64,000 nucleotides of DNA from a virus. Under the pieces are notes generated by a model, which saw only the letters and a program-made list of their open reading frames with translations, searched no databases and was not told where the DNA came from. Location: the IMG/VR virus record IMGVR_UViG_3300037502_003029, positions 1,052-65,051 of that record; one strand, 5' to 3'. The position numbers and the translations under genes are program-made. Shown here piece by piece: positions 9,663 to 19,767 of this stretch (its first letter is position 1; every line of letters starts with the position of its first letter).

Positions 9663-12194
9663 TTATTTTGAATTATTTTTTGATTTTGCAGCTATTTTAG
9701 CTTTTTCTATATCTGTTTTTAATTTTTTATCAATAATCTCTCTTTCTAAATCTCTATCTCTCTCTGCATCTTTTTGTTTAAGTTCTTCAACTTGTAAAAG
9801 ATCGCTTCTACCATCTTTATCAATATCCATTTGATTAGCCATAAGCATAGCTTTGATTTTATCTCTAAATTCATTAGATTCTCTATCTAATGCTTTTTCT
9901 CTAGATAACATCTCTTGCTGTTGTTTCATCATCTCTTGCTTCATAGCCTCAAGCTGCTGTGCTTGCTGTGCTTGTTGCTCTTGCATTTGCTGTTGTCTTT
10001 GCATCATCTTTTCTTCTGCTCTCTCAGCTATATTAAGAGCATCCGCCATATTATTAGCCATTTTTAATCTAATATATTCAGGAAAAGATATCATACCATT
10101 TTGTATCATAGCTTGACTATCCATTTTAATCTCTCTAAGATTATTAAAGTCTTCAGATGAATTTCTCAAACTAATACCAATTTCTGCACTATCTATAACT
10201 TCTTTATCTAACTCTAAATCTGCTATAGACATATCATCTAATACATAAGATGCAATATAAGTATTATCTTTTAATGCAATCTTTTCATTCTCTATGTGAC
10301 GATTTAATACTCTTTCTACAATCTCATTATGTAGAGTAAATAAATCTTGTGTTTGATATGTAGATTGTTGTATATTTTGTTGACTATTTCTAACAGCTTC
10401 TGTTGGTACAATTTGACCTAATCTCTGAGGATTATAGTTCATTGCTAAAGCAGCTTGTGCTCTAATCCAATCTAATTGTTGTAAATGACCAGCAATCTCG
10501 TTAAGTTGAGTTAAATCATACTGTTTAAATATTTGAGCATCAGTACCATTTATAAGCTCATTAGAAGTATTTAAAGGTAATATTTTACCATATTTAGCCA
10601 TTCTTAACCATTGAGCATAAGTCCACCCTTCAGGTTTATAAGTATCCGCTACGGTCATTATTTTACCGATATCAGTATTTTCTTTTTCTTGGATTATAGC
10701 TAATTTGATATTAAACTTATCTTGCCAAGGTTTAGCTAAATCTAGAGGAGCTACATTTTCTGTATTATTGAATAATTTAGAAAATTTAGCACCCATAAAA
10801 GGCATCTTAATATTCCAAGGTTCTAACATGTTTTTATATTGATTAGGTACTGGACCTAAATCAAAATATAAATAAGAATCTGTAGAACCATATTCTACTC
10901 TACAACCCATATACGCATGAGGAAACCAATGAGTAGTACAATATAAATCTTTTTTAGGATTTTTCTCATAAGTACCATCCACCCATATTTCTTCATACTC
11001 ATTCTTTTCTACATTATATCTAGTTACTAATTTAAACTTTCTAAGAGATTTAAAAGCAACTGTAGTACGAGTAAATAAAGTATCATTAGGATCTATATTA
11101 CCAAATTTACGGTGTAATTCTAAAAGTACTGATTGTCCTTCTTTTGATTTAATATTTGGTAACTTATCAAAGAATCCAGTTTCTGCATCAAACTGTGCTA
11201 CTTTAGTAGCCATTGGTTCAGGAAACTCTCCTCTAGTTCTTGTAATATTGTTATTATTAGAGGGATCAAATTCTCTTAACTTAGCTATATCTTTTTCAGT
11301 AATCTCATGACCATGATCTCTAAATAGAGTAGATAAACTTATATCTTCTCTATATACTTGCCAATCCATATCTTCTTCAAATAAAGCATCAGCAGGTCCA
11401 CCAGATAAATATCCTATAGGATTAATAATTTTGGTAAATGCTTTTTTATGCTTTATACCTGATTGATATATTTGTCTACCACTAATAAGCATATGTTTAA
11501 AATTCTCATCAGTCCAAAACTTTAACTTATCTCTTCGTATAGTAAACTCAGTAATCTTTTGTAGTAATGTTTCTCTAGGAGATTTATAATCTGAAGCCAT
11601 ATACCTTTCTATATCTTTAGGTAACATGGCTTTAGATTGTTGGTCTACCTGAGATTCAAATTCCTGTTGCATTTCAGGATCTAATTCTGATGGATCTTGT
11701 ATACTATTAGCTTGCATCCATTGCTGCATTGCTGTTTGACGAGCAGGTTCTATATATTCTTGTTGTAACCAATCTTGATATAATTCTAACTTTTTCTTTT
11801 TACGATAATTAACATTATCTACAGATGAGTCTGTAACTATTGGTTTAAAAGGCATCAATTGTTGTTGACCTAATAAAGATTTACCAATAGGCGTTATAAT
11901 ATCAAAATGAGGTATATCTTCACTATTAAAGTAATAACCAGAATCTTCTATATCATCTGCTATAAATGGACTAGAAACATCAGTTTTATAAATTCCTCTA
12001 GCATTCCATAATCTATAATTTAGTAAATCTTTTTCTAAAAGATCTGGATCGACGTAATCAAATTGATCCGCATAGTAATCAATCCAATCTTTTAACCATT
12101 TCCAGTTGTTAGCTTTTTTTTGAGAATGAGTAGTTCTATGTTGGCTAACACTTTGATGACTAATTGGTACACCTAATGTATTTAATGGTTCCAT
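9663..12194 (-). CDS. Putative portal protein with Q-rich coiled-coil C-terminal extension
   Basis: 843 aa ORF immediately downstream of and abutting terL (positional); C-terminus QQQMQEQQAQQAQQLEAMKQEMMKQQQEM. Confidence 0.4.
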   Translation of the reverse strand: MEPLNTLGVPISHQSVSQHRTTHSQKKANNWKWLKDWIDYYADQFDYVDPDLLEKDLLNYRLWNARGIYKTDVSSPFIADDIEDSGYYFNSEDIPHFDIITPIGKSLLGQQQLMPFKPIVTDSSVDNVNYRKKKKLELYQDWLQQEYIEPARQTAMQQWMQANSIQDPSELDPEMQQEFESQVDQQSKAMLPKDIERYMASDYKSPRETLLQKITEFTIRRDKLKFWTDENFKHMLISGRQIYQSGIKHKKAFTKIINPIGYLSGGPADALFEEDMDWQVYREDISLSTLFRDHGHEITEKDIAKLREFDPSNNNNITRTRGEFPEPMATKVAQFDAETGFFDKLPNIKSKEGQSVLLELHRKFGNIDPNDTLFTRTTVAFKSLRKFKLVTRYNVEKNEYEEIWVDGTYEKNPKKDLYCTTHWFPHAYMGCRVEYGSTDSYLYFDLGPVPNQYKNMLEPWNIKMPFMGAKFSKLFNNTENVAPLDLAKPWQDKFNIKLAIIQEKENTDIGKIMTVADTYKPEGWTYAQWLRMAKYGKILPLNTSNELINGTDAQIFKQYDLTQLNEIAGHLQQLDWIRAQAALAMNYNPQRLGQIVPTEAVRNSQQNIQQSTYQTQDLFTLHNEIVERVLNRHIENEKIALKDNTYIASYVLDDMSIADLELDKEVIDSAEIGISLRNSSEDFNNLREIKMDSQAMIQNGMISFPEYIRLKMANNMADALNIAERAEEKMMQRQQQMQEQQAQQAQQLEAMKQEMMKQQQEMLSREKALDRESNEFRDKIKAMLMANQMDIDKDGRSDLLQVEELKQKDAERDRDLEREIIDKKLKTDIEKAKIAAKSKNNSK

Positions 12195-14530
12195 TAATAT
12201 TTGTAGTATTGTTTAGTTAATAAAGTATTTCTTTTCGTAGTAAGTTGATTATAAAAATCATTTATAGTTTCTTTAGCTAGTTCACTACTTTGTTTTATAG
12301 GTACTTCTTTAGTTTGTTTAATCCATAACATAATTAATTTTAATGATGTTATATGGTCAAGTTTTGTTTTGTTTTCTCTAGTGTAAGCTATTAGTTGTTG
12401 AAGAATCATAGGTGATTTTAGCTTATTAAGGTTTAATAATTTAACACCATTTTCTTCTTTCCATTCAGTTAATAACCATTGTCTTATTAATTGTTCTGAT
12501 TGCTCATGTAACGCTGGAGAAGTCATATCTATACCAACATCATATTTTTTACCAGGGTTTTTAATAGAATCAGATATTGCTTTATAAGGTTTAGCCTGTA
12601 ATAAATGAGCATAACCTTCTCTTTTACAATAACGCACAAAATCCGGTATGTTTGTTTCTACCATTATTTTGGCATTATACATGATAGCTAATTGTACACA
12701 CAACTCATGTACATCCTCTACTCTATCCATCCTTCCTATATATTCTGCTACAATATCATCACTTAATCCTGTAGCCCAATTATTCTCCGATACTCCTTTA
12801 TACACTATTATAGAAGCTAATGATGGACCATCACCATCGTCCCTAACAGGGTCATATCCTATTTTATATAAAGAACTATTTTGATCTGGATTTGGTATAT
12901 TTGGTTCTGGAGCTTCATAAAATACTACCGCACCTTTTAGATTATTTTTGTATTGGTCTCTATTTAAACTTATAATAGGAATCAATCTATTTTGTAAATC
13001 TACTTCAAATATAACATCTGATTTATCTTTATTCCATTTTAGTTCACCAGTATAAGATAGTGTTTTAAATACATCTCTTATTTCTACATAAGTTAACTGT
13101 TCTCTTAATTTAGATATAGGAAATATATTTAACTGACCAGATAAAAACATTTCTGATGGTACAATAGGTCTATCCATCATATAAGCATCTAAAGCATAAT
13201 TGTTATCAGCTTTAGCTTTATCTGCTCGTATTCTCATTTCTTCCTCAAAAGCTGCTTCTAAATCTTGATTACCGTTTTCATCTCTAAATGAGTTATCAAC
13301 ATAATAACCAGGAATAAATAATCCAATAGGTTTTTTTCTACCTTCCCATAAATCAGGAAATCCTAAAAATAAATATTGTTCTGGATTCTCAAATACTGTT
13401 TTAGTATCATGAATCTTTTCCATATTACCTGCTGTACCAATACACAAATGAGAACCAAATTTATTATTTCTTTTTAAACCTGGTTCGTTAGCACCTAATA
13501 TTTTTAATAAATTAGTTACCAAACCCACCTCTTCTATAATAGAAGCTAAAGGTCCTTGTCCTACTGATGCTTCAGGATTATCTTCATAAGTAACGTGTAC
13601 TAAACGAGTACCTTTACCTTTTTTGATATCTACTCCGTTTACTTTCTCTATGTATTCATTTCTATATGGAGATTTTTGATTAGATGTGGTTAAACTACCT
13701 GATACTTGTTGATAAAACCATCCAGGTATAAAATTATCATCTTCTCCCCATGCACCAAAATTATTTTTATGGTATTCCTCTAAAAATGAAAAGTGCTTTA
13801 ATGTATCTGCAGATTTACCTAATACAGAACCAATAACAATTGCTGGTCCTCTCTTTAAGTTAAAATATTCTTCATCAAACCTAATAGCACCATGAAACTT
13901 AAATATATGAGAAAGTATTGCTACTAACCACATGGATTTACCTTGTCGTCTACTTGTAAGAACCATTATATTTAATGATTCATTTTCATATACTGGTAAA
14001 CCTAATGGTTTATCATGAGTTTTATATAAATATTCTCTAGGATCTATATATTTTTTATAACTACCATCTTTTTTATAGATATGTTTAAAATTCTTTAATT
14101 GAATTTTATCTTTAGTAGTTAATAACTCACCTGTTTCTATCTTTCTTAAAATATTATTACAACTATATTCTTCATCACCATCAAATCCGCTAAAACCTCT
14201 ACATATAAGCCAGTTATAAAAAAATAACCACTCTACATCTCGTAGTAGTGGTAAATCAATTCTAATTGAATTGGATATAGGATCTTCTTGCTCTATTGGA
14301 CAAAATGTAGAATACCAATATAGTTGTGGAGTACCATATCTCCAACCACCTTCTTGTGTTACTTCATCTTTATCTAATCCCCAATATCCTTCTACACATC
14401 TCCTTTCTTGCTCATTCCAATAATCACTATAATCTTTACTCTCTGGATGATATTCTGGATGATCCTTTATTAAAAAAGGTTTTAGATTATGGATTTTAGG
14501 AAATAATCTTACTACTTTAGCTTCACTCAT
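12194..14530 (-). CDS. terL: Terminase large subunit
   Basis: Walker A-like LTSRRQGKSMW (compare T4 gp17 SRQLGKT); 778 aa; placed upstream of portal/scaffold/capsid. Confidence 0.65.
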   Translation of the reverse strand: MSEAKVVRLFPKIHNLKPFLIKDHPEYHPESKDYSDYWNEQERRCVEGYWGLDKDEVTQEGGWRYGTPQLYWYSTFCPIEQEDPISNSIRIDLPLLRDVEWLFFYNWLICRGFSGFDGDEEYSCNNILRKIETGELLTTKDKIQLKNFKHIYKKDGSYKKYIDPREYLYKTHDKPLGLPVYENESLNIMVLTSRRQGKSMWLVAILSHIFKFHGAIRFDEEYFNLKRGPAIVIGSVLGKSADTLKHFSFLEEYHKNNFGAWGEDDNFIPGWFYQQVSGSLTTSNQKSPYRNEYIEKVNGVDIKKGKGTRLVHVTYEDNPEASVGQGPLASIIEEVGLVTNLLKILGANEPGLKRNNKFGSHLCIGTAGNMEKIHDTKTVFENPEQYLFLGFPDLWEGRKKPIGLFIPGYYVDNSFRDENGNQDLEAAFEEEMRIRADKAKADNNYALDAYMMDRPIVPSEMFLSGQLNIFPISKLREQLTYVEIRDVFKTLSYTGELKWNKDKSDVIFEVDLQNRLIPIISLNRDQYKNNLKGAVVFYEAPEPNIPNPDQNSSLYKIGYDPVRDDGDGPSLASIIVYKGVSENNWATGLSDDIVAEYIGRMDRVEDVHELCVQLAIMYNAKIMVETNIPDFVRYCKREGYAHLLQAKPYKAISDSIKNPGKKYDVGIDMTSPALHEQSEQLIRQWLLTEWKEENGVKLLNLNKLKSPMILQQLIAYTRENKTKLDHITSLKLIMLWIKQTKEVPIKQSSELAKETINDFYNQLTTKRNTLLTKQYYKY

Positions 14531-15054
14531 TTTCTACGTTTTTCTCTCATAGATAGTTGTGCATTACCTCGTATTTTATTTTTGTTTTTAGCTTCAATCA
14601 TATTATCTTTTACTGTTTGAAGACCCTTCCAAAAATTATGCAATTTATCCATGATGTTGATATATTTTTTATATTGACTATCATCAGATGGATCTAAGTC
14701 TTTAAGGTACGCAGTTAATTCTTCAAATTTAGTTATATGAATATTAAATAAAGCTTCTTCTTTACTTAAAATAAATTTAGTATAATCACTAACTAAGCCT
14801 TTATAGATTTCACTATTTATATCTACTTTATAATAGGATTTTTGAACTTCATTTATACGTTCTTCTCTATCTATAATACGAGCATAAGGATTATCATCAT
14901 CATCTGCTTCTTCTATCATATACATAGCCCAACAAATCTTACTTGCTATATCTGGTTTATTATCTTTATAAACTTTATTAAACCAAGAACAAGTAGTAAT
15001 TATTGGGTTTTGTTCTTTAAAATCAAACTCTGGTTTTCCTTTTATTGCTGACAT
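14527..15054 (-). CDS. Hypothetical protein; positional candidate for terminase small subunit
   Basis: 175 aa, basic C-terminus, overlaps the terL start. Confidence 0.3.
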   Translation of the reverse strand: MSAIKGKPEFDFKEQNPIITTCSWFNKVYKDNKPDIASKICWAMYMIEEADDDDNPYARIIDREERINEVQKSYYKVDINSEIYKGLVSDYTKFILSKEEALFNIHITKFEELTAYLKDLDPSDDSQYKKYINIMDKLHNFWKGLQTVKDNMIEAKNKNKIRGNAQLSMREKRRK

Positions 15055-15176
15055 ACTTCTTTACTTCACTATATGCAATATATACTAATAATAAAATTAT
15101 TAATATTAAGCTTGTTATAGAAAAATTATAAAAAATATTTACAGATAATGCACCTATAAATAAATAAATTAAACTA

Positions 15177-15374
15177 TTAACTATACTGCTCTTCATTCTC
15201 AATTATTACTATATCTCCTATATAAACAAATTCTTTTTCTTCTATCTCAAAATAACCAATCCCCGCCATTAGTTTATTACCATTCTCATCTTCTACAGAT
15301 CCTTCAGGAAAAAAAACTATTTCGCTATTTGCTGGTATATGTCTTAATGCTTCTTTTAAATCTCTTACTGTCAT
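15177..15374 (-). CDS. Hypothetical protein
   Basis: ORF track, 65 aa. Confidence 0.3.
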   Translation of the reverse strand: MTVRDLKEALRHIPANSEIVFFPEGSVEDENGNKLMAGIGYFEIEEKEFVYIGDIVIIENEEQYS

Positions 15375-15379
15375 AATTA

Positions 15380-15691
15380 TTAATTTATTTCATCAAGTAA
15401 TAAATGTATTACTCTATCATTAGCAACTACTTTTTTACCATTCTCATACTCTATTAAAAAACTAGGTAAAGTTCTTAATAGTGATATATCAAATTTTTTA
15501 TTATATTCTGTAAATGATGTATATACTTCGTCCCAATACGCTTTTATATCTGTAACTTTTTTATTCTCATCTATTAAAGATATATATTCATACTTAATAT
15601 TAGAATTTTTAAGTTTATTTTCAATAAGAGCTTTTGTTTGTTGACATCTTCCGCATTGTTTTGTACTAAATTGTATTATTTTACTTATCAT
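15380..15691 (-). CDS. Glutaredoxin/thioredoxin-like protein
   Basis: N-terminal CGRC (CxxC) motif in a ~100 aa protein. Confidence 0.45.
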   Translation of the reverse strand: MISKIIQFSTKQCGRCQQTKALIENKLKNSNIKYEYISLIDENKKVTDIKAYWDEVYTSFTEYNKKFDISLLRTLPSFLIEYENGKKVVANDRVIHLLLDEIN

Positions 15692-15706
15692 GCTATTTTA
15701 TTTAAG

Positions 15707-15778
15707 CGGGATATAAGAGAATCGAACTCTTATTACACGATAGACAGTCGTGGGTAATAACCATTATACCAATATCCC
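15707..15778 (-). tRNA. tRNA-Asp (anticodon GTC)
   Basis: Folded by hand: acceptor GGGATAT/ATATCCC, D-arm with GG, anticodon stem CACGA/TCGTG with loop CTGTCTA, T-arm AAGAG-TTCGATT-CTCTT. Confidence 0.75.
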
Positions 15779-15780
15779 AG

Positions 15781-15857
15781 TGGTAGCAGATGTGAGAATC
15801 AAACTCACCTTTATATAGGTTATGAGACTGATAAGTTCACCAGAACTTTAATCTGCG
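15781..15857 (-). ncRNA. tRNA-like RNA with encoded CCA but no foldable anticodon arm (pseudo-tRNA or Y-RNA-like tRNA mimic)
   Basis: Acceptor CGCAGAT/ATCTGCT (6 bp), U8-A9, D-stem AAGT/ACTT with GG, T-stem GTGAG/CTCAC with loop TTTGATT, 3' ACCA. No 5-bp stem could be found around the CTCATAA loop. Confidence 0.4.
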
Positions 15858-15867
15858 ATGTAGTAAT

Positions 15868-15905
15868 AAGAGGAGATTGTAGATGTCTCCTCTTATTATT
15901 TTTTG
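15868..15905. terminator. Perfect 9-bp hairpin AAGAGGAGA...TCTCCTCTT followed by a T-run
   Basis: Seen in sequence. Confidence 0.5.
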
Positions 15906-15971
15906 TACAGGAGAAGGAGTTGTACATAAAGAATATTATCTTGTAAGATTATACATTGAGTAATATTCCGA

Positions 15972-16337
15972 TTAGAGTTTTACTTGTCCTTTAAACGTTA
16001 ATTTAACGTGTTTCTTATCATTAAGTAATTTCTTATTTAAACCTTCTACTACCCAAATATCCTGTTCAGATTTTAAAAATACATTAATAGATTTACTAAA
16101 GTTAAATAAACCTGTAGGATAATTTTTTGGATCTTGTTTAGCACCATCACTTTCAGTAAATTTACATATTACTTTATTACCAGTATTTTGCCATTTACAA
16201 TCAGCAGTACATCCACAACTTGGTGATATGCTTTGTATTAGATTTTCATCACCTTCAAACTCAAATTCTATTGTTCTTACTTCTCCTTTTGTTAGAATAG
16301 GTTCTAACGTAATTGTTGGATTCTTAAATGTTATCAT
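15972..16337 (-). CDS. Hypothetical protein
   Basis: ORF track. Confidence 0.4.
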   Translation of the reverse strand: MITFKNPTITLEPILTKGEVRTIEFEFEGDENLIQSISPSCGCTADCKWQNTGNKVICKFTESDGAKQDPKNYPTGLFNFSKSINVFLKSEQDIWVVEGLNKKLLNDKKHVKLTFKGQVKL

Positions 16338-16725
16338 CTTTCTTTTCTATTTTTGCTGTAAATTGAATATTATAATTTTTTCTAAAAGTATTCATCTCTT
16401 CATCCGTAAGCATTGGTCCCCATTTATTTAGAGAACAAGCTTGATCTTTAGCACACATTTTACCGGAAATGTTACAACCACAATCTTTACATTTACCTAA
16501 TTCAACACAATCTGTACATTGAGATACTCTATATGCTACTTGTAAAAGTTCATTATCGGTTAATAAAAACGCATTAGGTTCTAACCAATTAAGATATCTT
16601 TTTAATAACCATACATATACTGCTTTCCACTTTTTAGGAGAGAATATATCTTTCCAAGCGTATCCTTGTTTATATCTCGCATGAAGTAGCAAAGCTATTA
16701 TTATTAATAAAATTAAATATATCAT
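16324..16725 (-). CDS. Hypothetical membrane-anchored Cys-rich protein
   Basis: N-terminal hydrophobic helix; CTDCVELGKCKDCGCN cluster. Confidence 0.4.
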   Translation of the reverse strand: MIYLILLIIIALLLHARYKQGYAWKDIFSPKKWKAVYVWLLKRYLNWLEPNAFLLTDNELLQVAYRVSQCTDCVELGKCKDCGCNISGKMCAKDQACSLNKWGPMLTDEEMNTFRKNYNIQFTAKIEKKDDNI

Positions 16726-17390
16726 TTCTTTTTTGTTTGTAAATATCTATCTGGAATACAAAATGTATGTTGATCATCCATAGAAGTATCCGTAAATGGA
16801 TTTACTTGATACATATATTGAGACCATTCGTTTAATCTACCTACATACATAGGTGGTTTAGGAAATTTTCTTTTTAAAGATGGTTGCTCTGTAGTTTGCT
16901 GCTCCCATTGAGTATATTGCTCACTAAGAATATTTTTAGCCATGGCAGCAGGTATATTAACTATATCACCTACGTTTACTTTTGGTGAGTTACTAGCTAC
17001 TACTTTAGCTATTGGAAATATTCGTAAATAACTTTCTTTTTCTTCATCTAAAATCAATAAACTTGAAGAAGGTACTTCGTAGTAATAAAATACTCTAATT
17101 ATAGCGTGATGATCTAGTACAACTTCTTCATTTACAAATTCTTTCTCATGTGGTATCTTTAACCATTCTTTAAATTTCTCTTGCGCTTTTTGTTCTAATT
17201 CAGCAACTTTTTGCTGTTCTTTAATTTTTTCTTCTAAACTACCTTTAGCAATTTCTTCCATTTTGGATTCTAATCGCTCTCTAGTTAATAGAGTATCTTC
17301 TGTATTTACAGGATCTTCACCAGCTCTTTTTTTAAACTGCATCTCACCTGATTTTTTAATTGTACCGTTTTTACTTCCTAAAATTTGCAT
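16722..17390 (-). CDS. Hypothetical protein
   Basis: ORF track. Confidence 0.4.
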   Translation of the reverse strand: MQILGSKNGTIKKSGEMQFKKRAGEDPVNTEDTLLTRERLESKMEEIAKGSLEEKIKEQQKVAELEQKAQEKFKEWLKIPHEKEFVNEEVVLDHHAIIRVFYYYEVPSSSLLILDEEKESYLRIFPIAKVVASNSPKVNVGDIVNIPAAMAKNILSEQYTQWEQQTTEQPSLKRKFPKPPMYVGRLNEWSQYMYQVNPFTDTSMDDQHTFCIPDRYLQTKKK

Positions 17391-17392
17391 AC

Positions 17393-17644
17393 TTAATTTT
17401 TAAAATAATTATTTTTTGTTTTATCAATGAATTCAATTGATTTAGGTTTTACATTTACCCTTAGCAATTGATTAATTTGTTCCTTTACACTTTCTATCTC
17501 ATCTATGTTATATACTGATTCTCTTATATATCCTCCACCTTTTGTATCAGGTTTGGTTCTACCATCTTGTAGAACAGATAAATATTGAATTAATAACTGT
17601 AAATGATGAGTTAATTCTAAACTTTCTACATCTTTAATTACCAT
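17393..17644 (-). CDS. Hypothetical protein
   Basis: ORF track. Confidence 0.35.
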   Translation of the reverse strand: MVIKDVESLELTHHLQLLIQYLSVLQDGRTKPDTKGGGYIRESVYNIDEIESVKEQINQLLRVNVKPKSIEFIDKTKNNYFKN

Positions 17645-17943
17645 AAATTAATATTTTTTTCTTCATTACTAATTGTATCTGTTTGTACATCTTCTTGAAT
17701 GTCTTCTTCAAGATACTTATCTAACTTACTCTTTTGCATCTTTGGAACTACGTATGTAACTCCTTTGTAATTAAAAAAGCTTTTACCTTGTAAGTAAGCT
17801 TTATAAGCTTTTTTAGTGTATGTCTTTGCATTAAACTCTGAATTAATTACATTACCTTCATCATCTTCAGGTATCTTCTTTAGAAGATGAGTTTGAGTAG
17901 TTAACGCAAAAACAAGCGGATCTTCTTGCTTATTCTTCTTCAT
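17638..17943 (-). CDS. Hypothetical protein
   Basis: ORF track. Confidence 0.35.
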   Translation of the reverse strand: MKKNKQEDPLVFALTTQTHLLKKIPEDDEGNVINSEFNAKTYTKKAYKAYLQGKSFFNYKGVTYVVPKMQKSKLDKYLEEDIQEDVQTDTISNEEKNINLW

Positions 17944-18310
17944 CTGATTTACTGTTTACTATATTTAATAAATTTTCTAATCCTTTTATAGGAGTTCTTT
18001 TGGTTTCTTCGCATACTCTCATATATGCTAGAATGTATTTACGAAGTCTAAGAGTTCTTTCTTTTGTTAATAGAGTAATATCTCTATTAATCATATTTTG
18101 AAAATTAAGTATTCTTTTTTCTAAAGTTGTAGCTCTAGCTGAAAACCTACCCCAATTATGTAAAAGTATATTTGGCATATCATCCATACTCATACATTCT
18201 CTTATAGAGAGAAAAGTATGTGATATTAATGCTTCTACCACATCTCTTTCTAATCTATATTTAGAAGATAGTTGTCCTATTATATCTTGATTTTTTTCGT
18301 AAAAACTCAT
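17930..18310 (-). CDS. Hypothetical protein
   Basis: ORF track. Confidence 0.35.
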   Translation of the reverse strand: MSFYEKNQDIIGQLSSKYRLERDVVEALISHTFLSIRECMSMDDMPNILLHNWGRFSARATTLEKRILNFQNMINRDITLLTKERTLRLRKYILAYMRVCEETKRTPIKGLENLLNIVNSKSDEEE

Positions 18311-18693
18311 TTTGTTATTGATAACTTATATTTAATCTCAATATCTTTAGGAATATTTCTATCACTATAATCTAAAGCACTTAATAATTCTAAACCATCT
18401 GGTGTTTGATTTAACCATCCTTTTCTTTTAAGAATGTTTCTATAATTATAAACATCATCTGGTTTAATTTTCATTAACTTACAAATAGTTTTAACAGTCT
18501 CAGAACTCTCTAAACTATAACCTTCATTAGATAAGATTATAGAGTGAATAAGAAACTCTTTTTCTCTATCTCTTAAATAATAATCATCACCTAGCTTTAA
18601 TGTGATTGCTAGATCAATCATTATTTTTAACAAATCATACTTACTATTTACTTTAATTACTTTCATATTTAAATATATAATACAAAGATACAA
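18307..18693 (-). CDS. Hypothetical protein
   Basis: ORF track. Confidence 0.35.
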   Translation of the reverse strand: MYLCIIYLNMKVIKVNSKYDLLKIMIDLAITLKLGDDYYLRDREKEFLIHSIILSNEGYSLESSETVKTICKLMKIKPDDVYNYRNILKRKGWLNQTPDGLELLSALDYSDRNIPKDIEIKYKLSITK

Positions 18694-18787
18694 TAAATTT
18701 TTTAAAAAAAATCAAGTATTATTAATATCTATATAAAATATATAGGACAAAGTGAATAATACCTATATTTTTTACATAATTATTTCG

Positions 18788-18795
18788 TATATTTG
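18788..18795 (+). promoter_or_regulatory. Bacteroidetes-type -7 promoter element TATATTTG (consensus TAnnTTTG)
   Basis: Motif 18 nt upstream of the 18813 ATG. Confidence 0.3.
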
Positions 18796-18812
18796 TAATT
18801 AAAATAATTAAT

Positions 18813-19655
18813 ATGATTTTTTCTGCAAAAGACCATAGCTATATAAAAGACGATAAAAAGTATACTTCAGTTTCTACTCTAATAGGTAAATATAAAAAAC
18901 CTTATAATGGAGAATACTGGAGTACTTATAAAGCATATGAAGCTGTGCTCGGTAAAGATGCTTTTAAAAAATTAAGAAAAGATGGTGGATTTAAACTAGA
19001 AGATCCAGCTTTTTTTGATTATTTAAAACCATTAACAGATTCGTTATTAGTAGAGCAAGCTAAACTTGATATCTTAAAGCAATGGGAGCATGAAAAAGAT
19101 AAATCTATTGTAAAAGGTAATAATTATCATTCGTTTAAAGAGAAACAATCAATAGAACTTGGCTATTGCACTAATCCTTATTTAAATAAAGATTTTAAAA
19201 CTATTGAATCTACTCTAGTAGAAAAGAAAGGTTCTAATGAGATTAGAAAACCTATAGTAACAAATCTATATGATTTAGAAGATGGGTTTCATCCTGAAGC
19301 TATTGTATGGAATGATGATGTAATGTTATCAGGACAAATAGATAAACTTTATATAGAAACTATAAAAGATAAAAGATTTATTGATATAGATGATTATAAA
19401 ACTAATAAGAAGATAGCTACTACAAATTTCTTTGGTAAAATGCTACCTCCTTTAGATCATTTAGATTGTTGTAACTATCATCATTATAGACTTCAAATAA
19501 GTACATACGCATGGTTATTAGAACAAGCAGGATTCATTCCTCGTTATATAGGATTTACTCATATAAATACACCTTATAGATTCGATTATAATCCTAAAGA
19601 AGTAGAGCTAATGCTAACCCATGCAGGTCTTTTAGAAACTAAATATGATTTTTAA
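18813..19655 (+). CDS. PD-(D/E)XK family nuclease (RecB/Cas4/lambda-exonuclease-like)
   Basis: Motifs SGQIDKL (GxID), DIDDYKT (D..D.K) and QISTYAWL (QxxxY). Confidence 0.5.
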   Translation: MIFSAKDHSYIKDDKKYTSVSTLIGKYKKPYNGEYWSTYKAYEAVLGKDAFKKLRKDGGFKLEDPAFFDYLKPLTDSLLVEQAKLDILKQWEHEKDKSIVKGNNYHSFKEKQSIELGYCTNPYLNKDFKTIESTLVEKKGSNEIRKPIVTNLYDLEDGFHPEAIVWNDDVMLSGQIDKLYIETIKDKRFIDIDDYKTNKKIATTNFFGKMLPPLDHLDCCNYHHYRLQISTYAWLLEQAGFIPRYIGFTHINTPYRFDYNPKEVELMLTHAGLLETKYDF

Positions 19656-19690
19656 AAAGAAAAGGAGAGTAAAAATACTCTCCTTTTTTG
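19656..19690. terminator. Bidirectional terminator between convergent genes (stem GGAGAGTA/TACTCTCC, A-run and T-run flanks)
   Basis: Seen in sequence. Confidence 0.6.
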
Positions 19691-19767
19691 TTAGCAGTTC
19701 TTTTTAACCTTACCACCTTTACCATACTTAGGTGTTTTAGGTTTTGGTTTTGTTTGTTTTTTCATAA

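Noticed and set aside
9853-10116. Plus-strand ORF of 87 aa (Cys/Ser-rich)
   Set aside because: It is the antisense read-through of the Q-rich CAG/CAA repeat region of the portal gene.
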